Of a DNA stretch of 63,736 bases, positions 9,896 through 18,033 are shown piece after piece. This DNA is from an uncultured Planctomycetaceae bacterium. GTDB taxonomy: Bacteria; Planctomycetota; Planctomycetia; Gemmatales; Gemmataceae. The position numbers were made by a program, and so were the translations under genes. The notes below the pieces were generated by a model. That model searched no databases and was not told the DNA's origin. It saw only the letters and a program-made list of their open reading frames with translations. The number at the start of each line of letters is the position of its first letter. The stretch's first letter is position 1. The stretch is from contig CAIWHS010000070.1 of NCBI GenBank assembly GCA_903912515.1, positions 1 through 63,736 on the forward strand, written 5' to 3'.

Positions 9896-10503
9896 GTGCT
9901 GGCTGTTTTCATCACCGCGGAAGGCTGTTGGCTGCCGGGCATCTCCCCAGGCGGTTGGCGGGTATCGACCGTGTGTTGGTGGACCCCAACGCGCTGATCT
10001 CGCCTTTGGTTTTGGAAATGCTGGCTAGCGCTGGAATTCCTCTGGTGCGTGAAGGCCAAGATGGGGTTGTGGGGAACACCTTGGCCGTTCGTGGCGCAAG
10101 CCCAATTGGCCATGTGCCTGATCCTCCCAAAGGCCACTTGCTTGTAGCGGCAGAAGTGGCCTACGAGGTGGTAGAGCGGGCAACTTCGGAAGCGGCTCGT
10201 GGCGGCAAATGTCCGGGCCGGGCTGAGATAAAAAGTTGGGACAACGGATCTGCGGGTTGGGGCGACTGGCTTTCAGCCGACCAGAGCAGGCGGCTGGTGC
10301 ATTTTGGGCCCAACCCCGAGTTGGTTGCCAGTGTGTGCATGCTGCGATGGGCTATCTCTGCAGCATCGGTCCAATCGGTTGCCCAAGCCAGCAGGGCTTT
10401 GGCAGGTTTCGGCCCCAGGCTTTTGGCGGTGGAAATGCCCGGGCGAACGCTTTTCGAGGCGCGGCACTTGATTGGCCTAATGACAACCCAGGGAGGGGTT
10501 TGA
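9892..10503 (+). CDS. BMC-operon protein of unknown function
   Basis: Open frame between BMC-P2 and BMC-P3. A candidate GTG start at 9892 overlaps the BMC-P2 stop (GTGA). Its TGA is 1 nt before the next ATG (TGAcATG). No domain recognised. Confidence 0.6.
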   Translation: MSAGCFHHRGRLLAAGHLPRRLAGIDRVLVDPNALISPLVLEMLASAGIPLVREGQDGVVGNTLAVRGASPIGHVPDPPKGHLLVAAEVAYEVVERATSEAARGGKCPGRAEIKSWDNGSAGWGDWLSADQSRRLVHFGPNPELVASVCMLRWAISAASVQSVAQASRALAGFGPRLLAVEMPGRTLFEARHLIGLMTTQGGV

Positions 10504-10504
10504 C

Positions 10505-10798
10505 ATGCGGGTGGGAAGTGTGATTGGGAATGTGACACTTAGCCGGGTGGTACCTGAACTGGTAGGCGTTCGCTGGCTGGTGGTTGGCCCGCTTGATCTG
10601 AAGGCTGTGGAAAAATACTAGTTGGATCGCGAAACGGAATCTACGGGCGAGGATTTGATCATTGCAGACGGTGTGGGCGCAGGGATTGGACAAGTAGTCG
10701 GGTTCAGTGAAGGTGGCGAAGCAGCCATGCCTTACATACCCGCCAAGGTGCCAGTTGACGCTTATGCGGGCCTGCTGATTGACAGTTTAGACGGTTGA
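10505..10798 (+). pseudogene. BMC-P vertex protein (EutN/CcmL family), copy 3, interrupted by an in-frame TAG at 10619-10621 (nonsense allele, readthrough or sequence error)
   Basis: Hand translation gives MRVGSVIGNVTLSRVVPELVGVRWLVVGPLDLKAVEKY-[TAG]-LDRETESTGEDLIIADGVGAGIGQVVGFSEGGEAAMPYIPAKVPVDAYAGLLIDSLDG-TGA. Both halves (38 and 58 codons) are EutN-like and in the same frame. Each half falls below the ORF-track length cutoff. Confidence 0.7.
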
Positions 10799-10874
10799 CG
10801 GTCAACCGGGCGGAAGGATCACGGTTTTGTTTTTGTTTTTTGAATGGAACGGACACCAACAAGGAGTGGCAGCA

Positions 10875-11765
10875 ATGGCTGGACATGGCAACAAAAGCGA
10901 GTACGAGTTGAAAGAACTGATCTGCGAGATTGGCCGTCGGGTGTACGCCAAGGGCTTCGCTGCCGCCAACGATGGCAACATCACCATCAGGCTCAACGAG
11001 CGCGAGTTCCTTTGCACCCCCACCATGGTTTCCAAGGGTTACATGAAGCCCGAGGACATCTGCAAGGTTGACAGCAAAGGCGTGCAGCTTGCCGGCAAGC
11101 GCAAGCGAACCAGCGAGGTTCTGTTGCACCTTTCTATCTACAACCAACGACCCGACATCAACGCTGTGGTCCACTGCCATCCCCCGCATGCGACTGCCTT
11201 TGCGGTGGCACACGAACCCATTCCCAAATGTGTCCTCCCTGAGGTGGAAGTGTTTTTGGGTGAGGTGCCCATTGCGGTTTACGAGACACCGGGTGCCCAA
11301 GCGTTTGCGGATACCGTTGCACCGTATGCCAAGGATTCCAATACCATTCTCCTAGCCAACCACGGCACGATCACCTTCGGGCCCGACTTGGAGAACGCGT
11401 ATTTCAATACCGAGATCATCGATTCGTATTGCCGCATCCTGATCCTTTCCCGCCAACTGGGCCGGGTGAACTATTTCTCCGAGCAGCAAACTCGCGAACT
11501 GCTAGCCCTGAAGAAAAAGCTGGGCTACGACGATGTTCGGTTCCGTTACCCGGAATCGCCCATGTGCGGCGAATCGAGCTTCGACGAGAAATTCTCGAAG
11601 TTCCAGCCCAGGCAGTACGCTTTCCGCAACGATACCGCGACCGGTATCGGGCCCGATGATGTTGTGGGCCACGGCGTGGCCCCCTCCCACACCGAGGATG
11701 CGGCATTTGACACTTTGGTGCGTACTATCACCGACCAAGTGATGCGAAACCTGCAGTCGGCCTAA
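10875..11765 (+). CDS. class II aldolase (L-fuculose-/L-rhamnulose-1-phosphate aldolase family) with C-terminal extension
   Basis: AANDGNITIR, the metal-binding VVHCHPPHATAF and LLANHG match class II aldolase/adducin-domain proteins. AAGGAG precedes the ATG at 10875. An extension of roughly 90 aa ends in the amphipathic helix FDTLVRTITDQVMRNL. Confidence 0.9.
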   Translation: MAGHGNKSEYELKELICEIGRRVYAKGFAAANDGNITIRLNEREFLCTPTMVSKGYMKPEDICKVDSKGVQLAGKRKRTSEVLLHLSIYNQRPDINAVVHCHPPHATAFAVAHEPIPKCVLPEVEVFLGEVPIAVYETPGAQAFADTVAPYAKDSNTILLANHGTITFGPDLENAYFNTEIIDSYCRILILSRQLGRVNYFSEQQTRELLALKKKLGYDDVRFRYPESPMCGESSFDEKFSKFQPRQYAFRNDTATGIGPDDVVGHGVAPSHTEDAAFDTLVRTITDQVMRNLQSA

Positions 11766-11924
11766 TTGGTGAAGGTTTTTCCGGGATTCGGGATAAGCCA
11801 ATCAACCACAGAGTGTAGGTATTCCGATAAATGGGATAAGTGGCAATATTAAGACAGGGCCATCCTATTTCAAGATTGGCAACACTCTGACCAATCGACC
11901 GACGGGATTCAACGCAGGAGCCCC

Positions 11925-12239
11925 ATGTTCAATTACAAAAAAGACAAGGCGGGCTTTTACGCCACCATCGTTTTGGCCACTCTGGCGACGGCGATAGTGG
12001 CAGCCTCCTTGGTTTTGTTTTTCATGGGAATTTCCCAAGGGCAATGGGATTATTACAACCTGCCTATTCGCTTCATTTTGGGATTTGGCTGGTTATTGCT
12101 GGTGGCGACTGTTCTCACCCGGGTCGGCATCTTCCGCATGCAGATGCTGAAGAAGCGTCAAGCTAACGGGCTAAAGAACCAGCATGGCGAACTGGAAGAT
12201 ACCAGCCCTCATGGCCAGTCCGCTGCCCCCCATCAGTGA
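11925..12239 (+). CDS. hypothetical small membrane protein
   Basis: 104-aa ORF with two clear TM helices (FYATIVLATLATAIVAASLVLFF, FILGFGWLLLVATVLT). No family recognised. Confidence 0.5.
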   Translation: MFNYKKDKAGFYATIVLATLATAIVAASLVLFFMGISQGQWDYYNLPIRFILGFGWLLLVATVLTRVGIFRMQMLKKRQANGLKNQHGELEDTSPHGQSAAPHQ

Positions 12240-12302
12240 AGCTGAAGGACTTTGGTATTACGGTTTGACATGGTTTTGCAAAGCAACAAGGAACAGACCA
12301 TC

Positions 12303-13349
12303 ATGAAGGTAAGCGTGGTTGGTGGCGGTGGCTTGGTTGGCAGCATGGCAGCGTTTGCCCTGCATTTGGGCAAAGTGGCAACCGACATTGCCATTGTGGA
12401 TGCCAACGAGCAAGTTGGCCAAGGCGTGGCCCTGGACATTCTGCAAGGCACCAGCTTGGTTGCGGACCAGCGGGTTATTTCAGGCCCCATCCAAGAGCAC
12501 ATCCCGTCGAGTGATGTGGTGGTGGTCACCGCCGGTTTGCGTCGCAAACCGGATGAATCCAGGCTTGATCTAATCAACCGCAATACCGACCTCTTTCTTG
12601 ATCTTCTGGGCAAAATTCGTCAAGCAGGCTGGAAGCCCGGAGCCACCTTGGTGGTGGTTAGCAACCCGGTGGACATTCTCACCCACCTGGCTGTTGAGCG
12701 CTCGGGTCTTGACTGGCGCCATGTGATCGGCCTTGGAACCCAGCTCGACACCGCCCGTCTTAACAGCCACTTGGCCCGCACTTTGAAGGTGCCGGCAACC
12801 CAGGTGAAGGCGGTTCTTCTGGGCGAGCATGGCGACTCCATGGTTCCCATTTGGTCGAGCGCCACTGTGGCAGGCATGCCCCTTGAAAAATGGCCAGGCT
12901 ACACCGCGCAGATAGAACGGGAAATCTTTGAGGAAACCAAAACTGCCGGCGCAACCATGATCAAGCTGAAGGGTGGTTCAGGCTTTGCGGTGGGAGTTTC
13001 CATTCGCGAAGTGGTTGAATCGATCTTGCTAGACTCCCGCAAGGTGCTTCCAGTCAGCACCATGCAGCAGGGCCTCTATGGTTTGCGGGATGTTTGCCTG
13101 AGCGTGCCAACCGTGGTTGGGGCCCAAGGCGTGATGGCGCAGATTGAAATCGCTCTTGCTCCGCGTGAGCAGGTTGCCCTGCACAACTCAGCCCGCGTGT
13201 TGCGTGAGACGCTGGATGCTGTCAAAAACCGTCTGGCCTCGGGTGGCTCGCCTGCTGCTGCTTCTGCGGCAGCGGCGCCTCAAGCCGCTGCCGCTCCTTA
13301 CTCAACAGGGCCCCGGGCAATACCCCGGGCAGCCTGGCAGTCCCGCTGA
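12303..13349 (+). CDS. NAD-dependent L-lactate/malate dehydrogenase family protein
   Basis: MKVSVVGGGGLVGS Rossmann motif, TAGLRRKPDESRLDL, VVSNPVD, LGEHGDSMVPIWS. The C-terminus carries an Ala/Pro-rich tail. Substrate is ambiguous (see findings). Confidence 0.88.
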   Translation: MKVSVVGGGGLVGSMAAFALHLGKVATDIAIVDANEQVGQGVALDILQGTSLVADQRVISGPIQEHIPSSDVVVVTAGLRRKPDESRLDLINRNTDLFLDLLGKIRQAGWKPGATLVVVSNPVDILTHLAVERSGLDWRHVIGLGTQLDTARLNSHLARTLKVPATQVKAVLLGEHGDSMVPIWSSATVAGMPLEKWPGYTAQIEREIFEETKTAGATMIKLKGGSGFAVGVSIREVVESILLDSRKVLPVSTMQQGLYGLRDVCLSVPTVVGAQGVMAQIEIALAPREQVALHNSARVLRETLDAVKNRLASGGSPAAASAAAAPQAAAAPYSTGPRAIPRAAWQSR

Positions 13350-13393
13350 CCCGTCTGATTTTCATACCTTAAAAGCATCAAGGAGGATGTGAC

Positions 13394-13660
13394 ATGGACG
13401 AAGTTGAAGCGATTGCAAAGACTGTGAACCTTCCAGCCGATTTCGAGATCCGGCTCCCTGGCGGTTTGTCGATTTGCCGCCTGGCTGAAAACCAGTTTCA
13501 TGTGGAATACGAGGTAGAACAGGACGGCGACACCGAACTTCGGGAAAAGTCTTTCAAAACCGCCGAGGCGGCGGCCAAATTCTTTATTGAACGACGCCAC
13601 GCCCAAAAGCTGGGTGGCGACTACGCTGAAATGGAAGACGAAGAGAGCGACGACGAATAA
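13394..13660 (+). CDS. hypothetical acidic protein
   Basis: 88-aa ORF preceded by AAGGAGG, with an acidic C-terminal tail (EMEDEESDDE). No family recognised. Confidence 0.5.
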   Translation: MDEVEAIAKTVNLPADFEIRLPGGLSICRLAENQFHVEYEVEQDGDTELREKSFKTAEAAAKFFIERRHAQKLGGDYAEMEDEESDDE

Positions 13661-13734
13661 CGACCCGAAAACCCTCCGTTCCACAGTAGCGGCGCGTAAG
13701 AACCCCATAAGCCAACCAGGAATCGGCAATCACC

Positions 13735-15036
13735 ATGAACAGAATGAAATCGCTGGACGAGAAACTGAAACGCATCCATGCGAACCCAACCACCTGCGGT
13801 GATTTCATCCTTGCAGATGCCAAGGATGCCGACATGGCATTGGCTATTGGTGCCACAGGACGCACGACCGAGAAATGGCCCGATGGCTCGCCCAGGTTTC
13901 GCACCTTGGCCGAGTACCGCCAGATTATCGGGCAGATAGTCGAGCAGGGCCTGGTTGACATCATGTTGATGTCGGCCAGCACCTCAGAAGATTTGACCAT
14001 TCAGAAACGTATCTTCGACAATAGCGCTGTTACTCCGGCCTGCCGGGCAAACGACACCACCGACATTCATGTTTTTCGCGGCGGAAAGTCGCCTGGCCAC
14101 CCCTCCCTACCCTTCCGCACCGCCACCATAGACCACATCCAGTGTGGCAAGCTGCATTGCTCCCCTAGTGAGCGACAACTCGGAGCCAACCTGGGCCTTT
14201 ACAGCATCACTTACACCAACGACCCGGTGCGTGACCGCGAAGCCCTGCTAGCGTATAACGCCTTCCGATTGGAGGCCGAAGAAAAAGGCTTCCGCCATTT
14301 TTTGGAAGTGTTCGACCCCAATGTTGAAGCCATGGTGGCCCCCGAACATTTAGGCGGATTCATCAATGATGCCATCGTTCGCACTCTGGGCGGCGTGACC
14401 CGTTCAGGACGGCCCGACTTTTTAAAGATTGTCTACCACGGCCCCCGGGCCATGGAAGAACTGGTTGCATACGATCCTCACTTGGTAGTTGGCATTTTGG
14501 GTGGCTCAGCAGGCACAACTTACGATGCGTTCAAGCTGCTGGCAGAGGCTAAAAAGTACGGTGGCCGCGTGGCGCTATTCGGCCGCAAAATAAACCAAGC
14601 CGAAAACCAACTCGCATTTATCCATTTTCTGCGTTTGATCGCGGATGGCGAGATTGGGCCCGAAGAGGCAGTCAAGGCATACCATGGCGTTCTTCAGGCT
14701 CTGGGAGTCACCCCTAACCGCAGCCTGGCAGACGACATGGTGCTGCAGACCGGCGTGATGAGTTATGGTGGCACCAAGACCACCTCCTTGCCGCCCGCAC
14801 AGGCTAAGCCAGGGGTAACCTCTAGCCCCGCGGTTGCACCTTATTCCAAACCGGTTACGTCAACACCCGTGGCTATTGCCGCCAAATCTGTCAGCGCCAA
14901 CAACCCGGTGAAGCCCGCCCAACCTTTGCCTTCCAAGGTTGCTGTGCCAGCCAGCTCCCAGCCCGATTTCTCAAAAATGACCTCGGCCGAAAAGGTCGCA
15001 TGGCAACGGGCGCGCTGGAACCGAATTCTGGGGTAA
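13735..15036 (+). CDS. hypothetical protein, possibly an aldolase-like TIM-barrel fold, with Pro/Ala/Ser-rich C-terminal tail
   Basis: 433-aa ORF. Alternating strand/helix-like pattern (FILADAKDADMA, IMLMSAST, FLEVFDPN, LKIVYHG, GILGGSAG, ALFGRKIN) is reminiscent of DeoC/LacD-like barrels. The fold call is a guess only. Confidence 0.5.
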   Translation: MNRMKSLDEKLKRIHANPTTCGDFILADAKDADMALAIGATGRTTEKWPDGSPRFRTLAEYRQIIGQIVEQGLVDIMLMSASTSEDLTIQKRIFDNSAVTPACRANDTTDIHVFRGGKSPGHPSLPFRTATIDHIQCGKLHCSPSERQLGANLGLYSITYTNDPVRDREALLAYNAFRLEAEEKGFRHFLEVFDPNVEAMVAPEHLGGFINDAIVRTLGGVTRSGRPDFLKIVYHGPRAMEELVAYDPHLVVGILGGSAGTTYDAFKLLAEAKKYGGRVALFGRKINQAENQLAFIHFLRLIADGEIGPEEAVKAYHGVLQALGVTPNRSLADDMVLQTGVMSYGGTKTTSLPPAQAKPGVTSSPAVAPYSKPVTSTPVAIAAKSVSANNPVKPAQPLPSKVAVPASSQPDFSKMTSAEKVAWQRARWNRILG

Positions 15037-15054
15037 AATCTAGCTCCAAGGGAT

Positions 15055-15813
15055 CTATTGCCCTACACGGCCGCAATTTAGTCGATCAGCAAGCAGCACC
15101 TCTTCGGGGGTGCCTTCGGCGGCCACCACACCGCCTTCCAACCACAGCACATGGTGCGCATATTTGCGGATCAGATCGAGGTCGTGCGACACCAAAATCA
15201 CCGTTGTGCCACGCTCCTCGTTGATCTCGGCAATGCGCTCGTGATAAAGGGCTTTGTCTACAAAATCGATCCCGCTTGCCGGCTCATCCAGCATCAATAA
15301 TTCTGGTTTAGGCTCCAGAGCGAGAGCCAGTAACACTCTTTGCAATTCCCCGCCTGAAAGCCGTTCAACCTGCTTGTCGAGGGCGTTCGAATTGAGGTGG
15401 ACATAAGTCAAAAGCTGGGCAACCTCGGCATCGGGCAACCCGACTCCAGGCCAAAACCAGGGTTTTTGGCTAAGTGCCAACCCAAACAGGTCGCGGACCG
15501 TGAGTGGCAGGTTAGCCTCCACCTTCAGTCGCTGCGGCACATAGCCTATCTGGCTGGGCGTGGGGTGCGAATGATCATGGCCACAGGTAAATACCAGCTC
15601 ACCCTTGAAAGGAACTTCCCTTAACAGCACCTTGAGCAGCGTGCTTTTACCAGCCCCGTTTGTGCCCATGACTGCCGTGATGCGGCCGGAGGGAATCCCA
15701 CCCGTTACCCCTTTCAGGATGGCCTGCCCAGAAAGCGTCACCCGAATATCCTTCAGGCGAAGCAGTGGTCTGGCTTTTTCAGCCATGGGCAAAGTGCCGA
15801 CTGGCGGGCTCAC
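15055..15813 (-). CDS. metal (Zn/Mn-type) ABC transporter ATP-binding protein
   Basis: Walker A GTNGAGKST, signature LSGGELQR, Walker B LLMLDEP and H-loop VSHD. The GTG start overlaps the upstream SBP stop (GTGA). Confidence 0.88.
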   Translation of the reverse strand: MSPPVGTLPMAEKARPLLRLKDIRVTLSGQAILKGVTGGIPSGRITAVMGTNGAGKSTLLKVLLREVPFKGELVFTCGHDHSHPTPSQIGYVPQRLKVEANLPLTVRDLFGLALSQKPWFWPGVGLPDAEVAQLLTYVHLNSNALDKQVERLSGGELQRVLLALALEPKPELLMLDEPASGIDFVDKALYHERIAEINEERGTTVILVSHDLDLIRKYAHHVLWLEGGVVAAEGTPEEVLLADRLNCGRVGQ

Positions 15814-16787
15814 GGCAAGATCTCCACCAGCGCCTTCAGGTTTTCGGCCATCTTCTTTTCAAACCAGCCGGCGGAAAGCTCGCCAGCATCGGCTGTTTCC
15901 AGAGGATCAACCTCCACCATTTTCGCGTCTATCCCTTTCCGCTTCAGTTCTTCCAAAATCAGTTTACTGGCTGTTGTGGTTGGGTATTGCGGTTCTACTG
16001 CCAAAACCTGGATTTTTTCATCCACACATTTTTGAATCAATTTCGCCAATCGCTTGGCATCGGGCTCGGCCCCTGGATTGATCTGAATGGTATCCACAAT
16101 CTGCAGGGCCATCGTGTCGGCCAAATATGCTAGCGACGGGTGAAAACTGATCAGGCGGTTTTCTTTTTTGGAAGCCAGTTGGTCGCGCCCCTGTTTTTTA
16201 AGGGCATCCATTCGCTCGCCAAAAATTTTGGCATTTGCGTGGTATTTGTCGCGGTTGGCAGGGTCTTGCTCACCCAGATAGCGGGCAATATCCACTGCCA
16301 TAGCCTTGCATTGCTTGGTCCCTAACCAAACATGGGGATCGTGCTCCCCATGATGATGATGGTGATCATGCCCGGGGGCTGAGTGGTCGTGCTCTTCTTC
16401 CGGACTTAAAAGACACAGATTTTGTGGCACCAGTAGCTTGCCCAAGGCAACGTGCTGCACCTTTTTTTTGGAATCGGTTGCGAGCATCTTGCCAACGAAA
16501 TGGTCATCCAGCCCAAGACCCACGCTGAAAAACAGATCTGCATTGCGCAATAAAATGGCATCGCGGGCGTTGTAGTTGTAGTGGTGTGGCCCTGTGGTGG
16601 TGCATAGGCACTGAACGGCGGCACCACCCCCCGCCACCTGCTTAACCATGCTAAAAAGCGGCGGGAAAGTGACCAGCACCTTTGGGCTGCCCTGCACACC
16701 TTTCCAAGGGTCTTCCATGCTGGAGCAACCGCAAACCAGCGCCACCAACTGGCCGAGCACTACAAGCTTGAACCGATTGACCCACAT
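15810..16787 (-). CDS. metal ABC transporter substrate-binding protein (ZnuA/TroA-like) with His-rich loop
   Basis: Cluster A-I SBP pattern (HHYNYN, DPHVWL, FHPSLAYL). His-rich insert EEEHDHSAPGHDHHHHHGEHDPH is typical of ZnuA. Signal/lipobox-like LVALVCGCS follows the ATG at 16787. Confidence 0.85.
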   Translation of the reverse strand: MWVNRFKLVVLGQLVALVCGCSSMEDPWKGVQGSPKVLVTFPPLFSMVKQVAGGGAAVQCLCTTTGPHHYNYNARDAILLRNADLFFSVGLGLDDHFVGKMLATDSKKKVQHVALGKLLVPQNLCLLSPEEEHDHSAPGHDHHHHHGEHDPHVWLGTKQCKAMAVDIARYLGEQDPANRDKYHANAKIFGERMDALKKQGRDQLASKKENRLISFHPSLAYLADTMALQIVDTIQINPGAEPDAKRLAKLIQKCVDEKIQVLAVEPQYPTTTASKLILEELKRKGIDAKMVEVDPLETADAGELSAGWFEKKMAENLKALVEILP

Positions 16788-17009
16788 GGCAATTACCCCC
16801 ACTCCGTTTTCATCCAGTAAAACCTTGTTATAATAACACGGTAATTCCGGGGAAACAGTCTGGCAAATGAAAATTGCTATCAACCAAGGCAAGCCAGCAC
16901 TTTCACCCAACCGCCCATGCCATAAACTAAATCATGTGGGATTTGGCTGGATGCAGCATGACGCGTCCTCCGCAATCGAATTTGATACACCGCCTTTTGG
17001 AAGAATTCC

Positions 17010-18029
17010 ATGCCCGCCGCCATCCGCCGCCAACGCTTGCCTAACACGGTGGAAAACCTCAATCCCGAGGTGGTGATACTTTCTGATGGATTTGGCGGTG
17101 AAGCGGTGATTTGGCCTGCGCTAGGGTTCAACTGCATCGGCTGGACCTGTGATTGGCAGGGGCGCCAACTGAATTTGGTCCATCAAGACCCGGCTCTTTT
17201 CACCCACCCTTCGCCCACTCGTTCGGGTAATCCGGTTTTGTTTCCTTTTCCCAACCGGATTCGCCACGGCAAATACGATTGGGCCGGACACACCTACAGC
17301 TTGCCTATCAACCATGGCGACACCTCCATCCATGGATTTGCCTGCCGGGTTCCATGGCGGGTGGTTTCCGAAGGGGTTGCTGAGGGCGAAGCTTGGGTAA
17401 CCGGGGAATACCACGGTTTTGTGGACAATCCCTCCACTAGCGAGCAGTGGCCGGCTGACCATATCCTCAGGTTGACCTGCCGTTTGAACCGAGGCAGGCT
17501 TGGGTTTGAGGCCGAGATTCTCAACCCCGATCCCATCACATTGCCTTGGGGTTTGGGTTACCACCCTTATTTCCGTTCCAACTGGCATGCCGATTTCGCG
17601 AACAGCCCATTGGAAATCCGCGTTCAAGCCACAAGTTCTTGGGAACTGGAAAACTGCCTTCCCACGGGAAAAGTAAGGCCAGTTGATAAAAGCAAAGATC
17701 TATCCCAATGGCATAGCCTGGCAGACCTGAATTTGGACGATGTGCTTACAGGCTTGGCGAACCAACCTAACAACAATGGCCTGCTGGTTGAATGCGGCGC
17801 ATTGCGCTACCCGGGCGGACCGACCCTGCGCGTTTTGGCCGACCCGGTTTTTCGCCATGTTGTTGTCTTCACTCCAGCTGACCGGGCGAGTGTTTGCATT
17901 GAGCCTTATACTTGCGTGACAGATGCAATCAATCTCGAAGCTTGTGGAAAGTGTGAAATGCCAAGCGGCTTGATTGAATCACCCCCTGGCGGTCATTTCC
18001 GCGCAGAGATGGCTTGGGAGATATCCTGA
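17010..18029 (+). CDS. aldose 1-epimerase (galactose mutarotase-like) family protein
   Basis: GFNCIGW, PVLFPFPNRI..G.Y.W.G..Y.L..N, IHGF and GYHPYF are characteristic of the aldose epimerase superfamily. Confidence 0.8.
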   Translation: MPAAIRRQRLPNTVENLNPEVVILSDGFGGEAVIWPALGFNCIGWTCDWQGRQLNLVHQDPALFTHPSPTRSGNPVLFPFPNRIRHGKYDWAGHTYSLPINHGDTSIHGFACRVPWRVVSEGVAEGEAWVTGEYHGFVDNPSTSEQWPADHILRLTCRLNRGRLGFEAEILNPDPITLPWGLGYHPYFRSNWHADFANSPLEIRVQATSSWELENCLPTGKVRPVDKSKDLSQWHSLADLNLDDVLTGLANQPNNNGLLVECGALRYPGGPTLRVLADPVFRHVVVFTPADRASVCIEPYTCVTDAINLEACGKCEMPSGLIESPPGGHFRAEMAWEIS

Positions 18030-18033
18030 ACTT

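Noticed and set aside
10619-10621. Genome-wide reassignment of TAG (for example pyrrolysine) as an explanation for the two in-frame amber codons
   Set aside because: TAG ends several genes in this window at family-typical lengths: DeoR at 4612-4614, ABC ATPase at 15055-15057, MFS at 28090-28092 and the small ORF at 28414-28416. No pyl genes or tRNA-CUA are visible here. Only local readthrough, mutation or error remain plausible.
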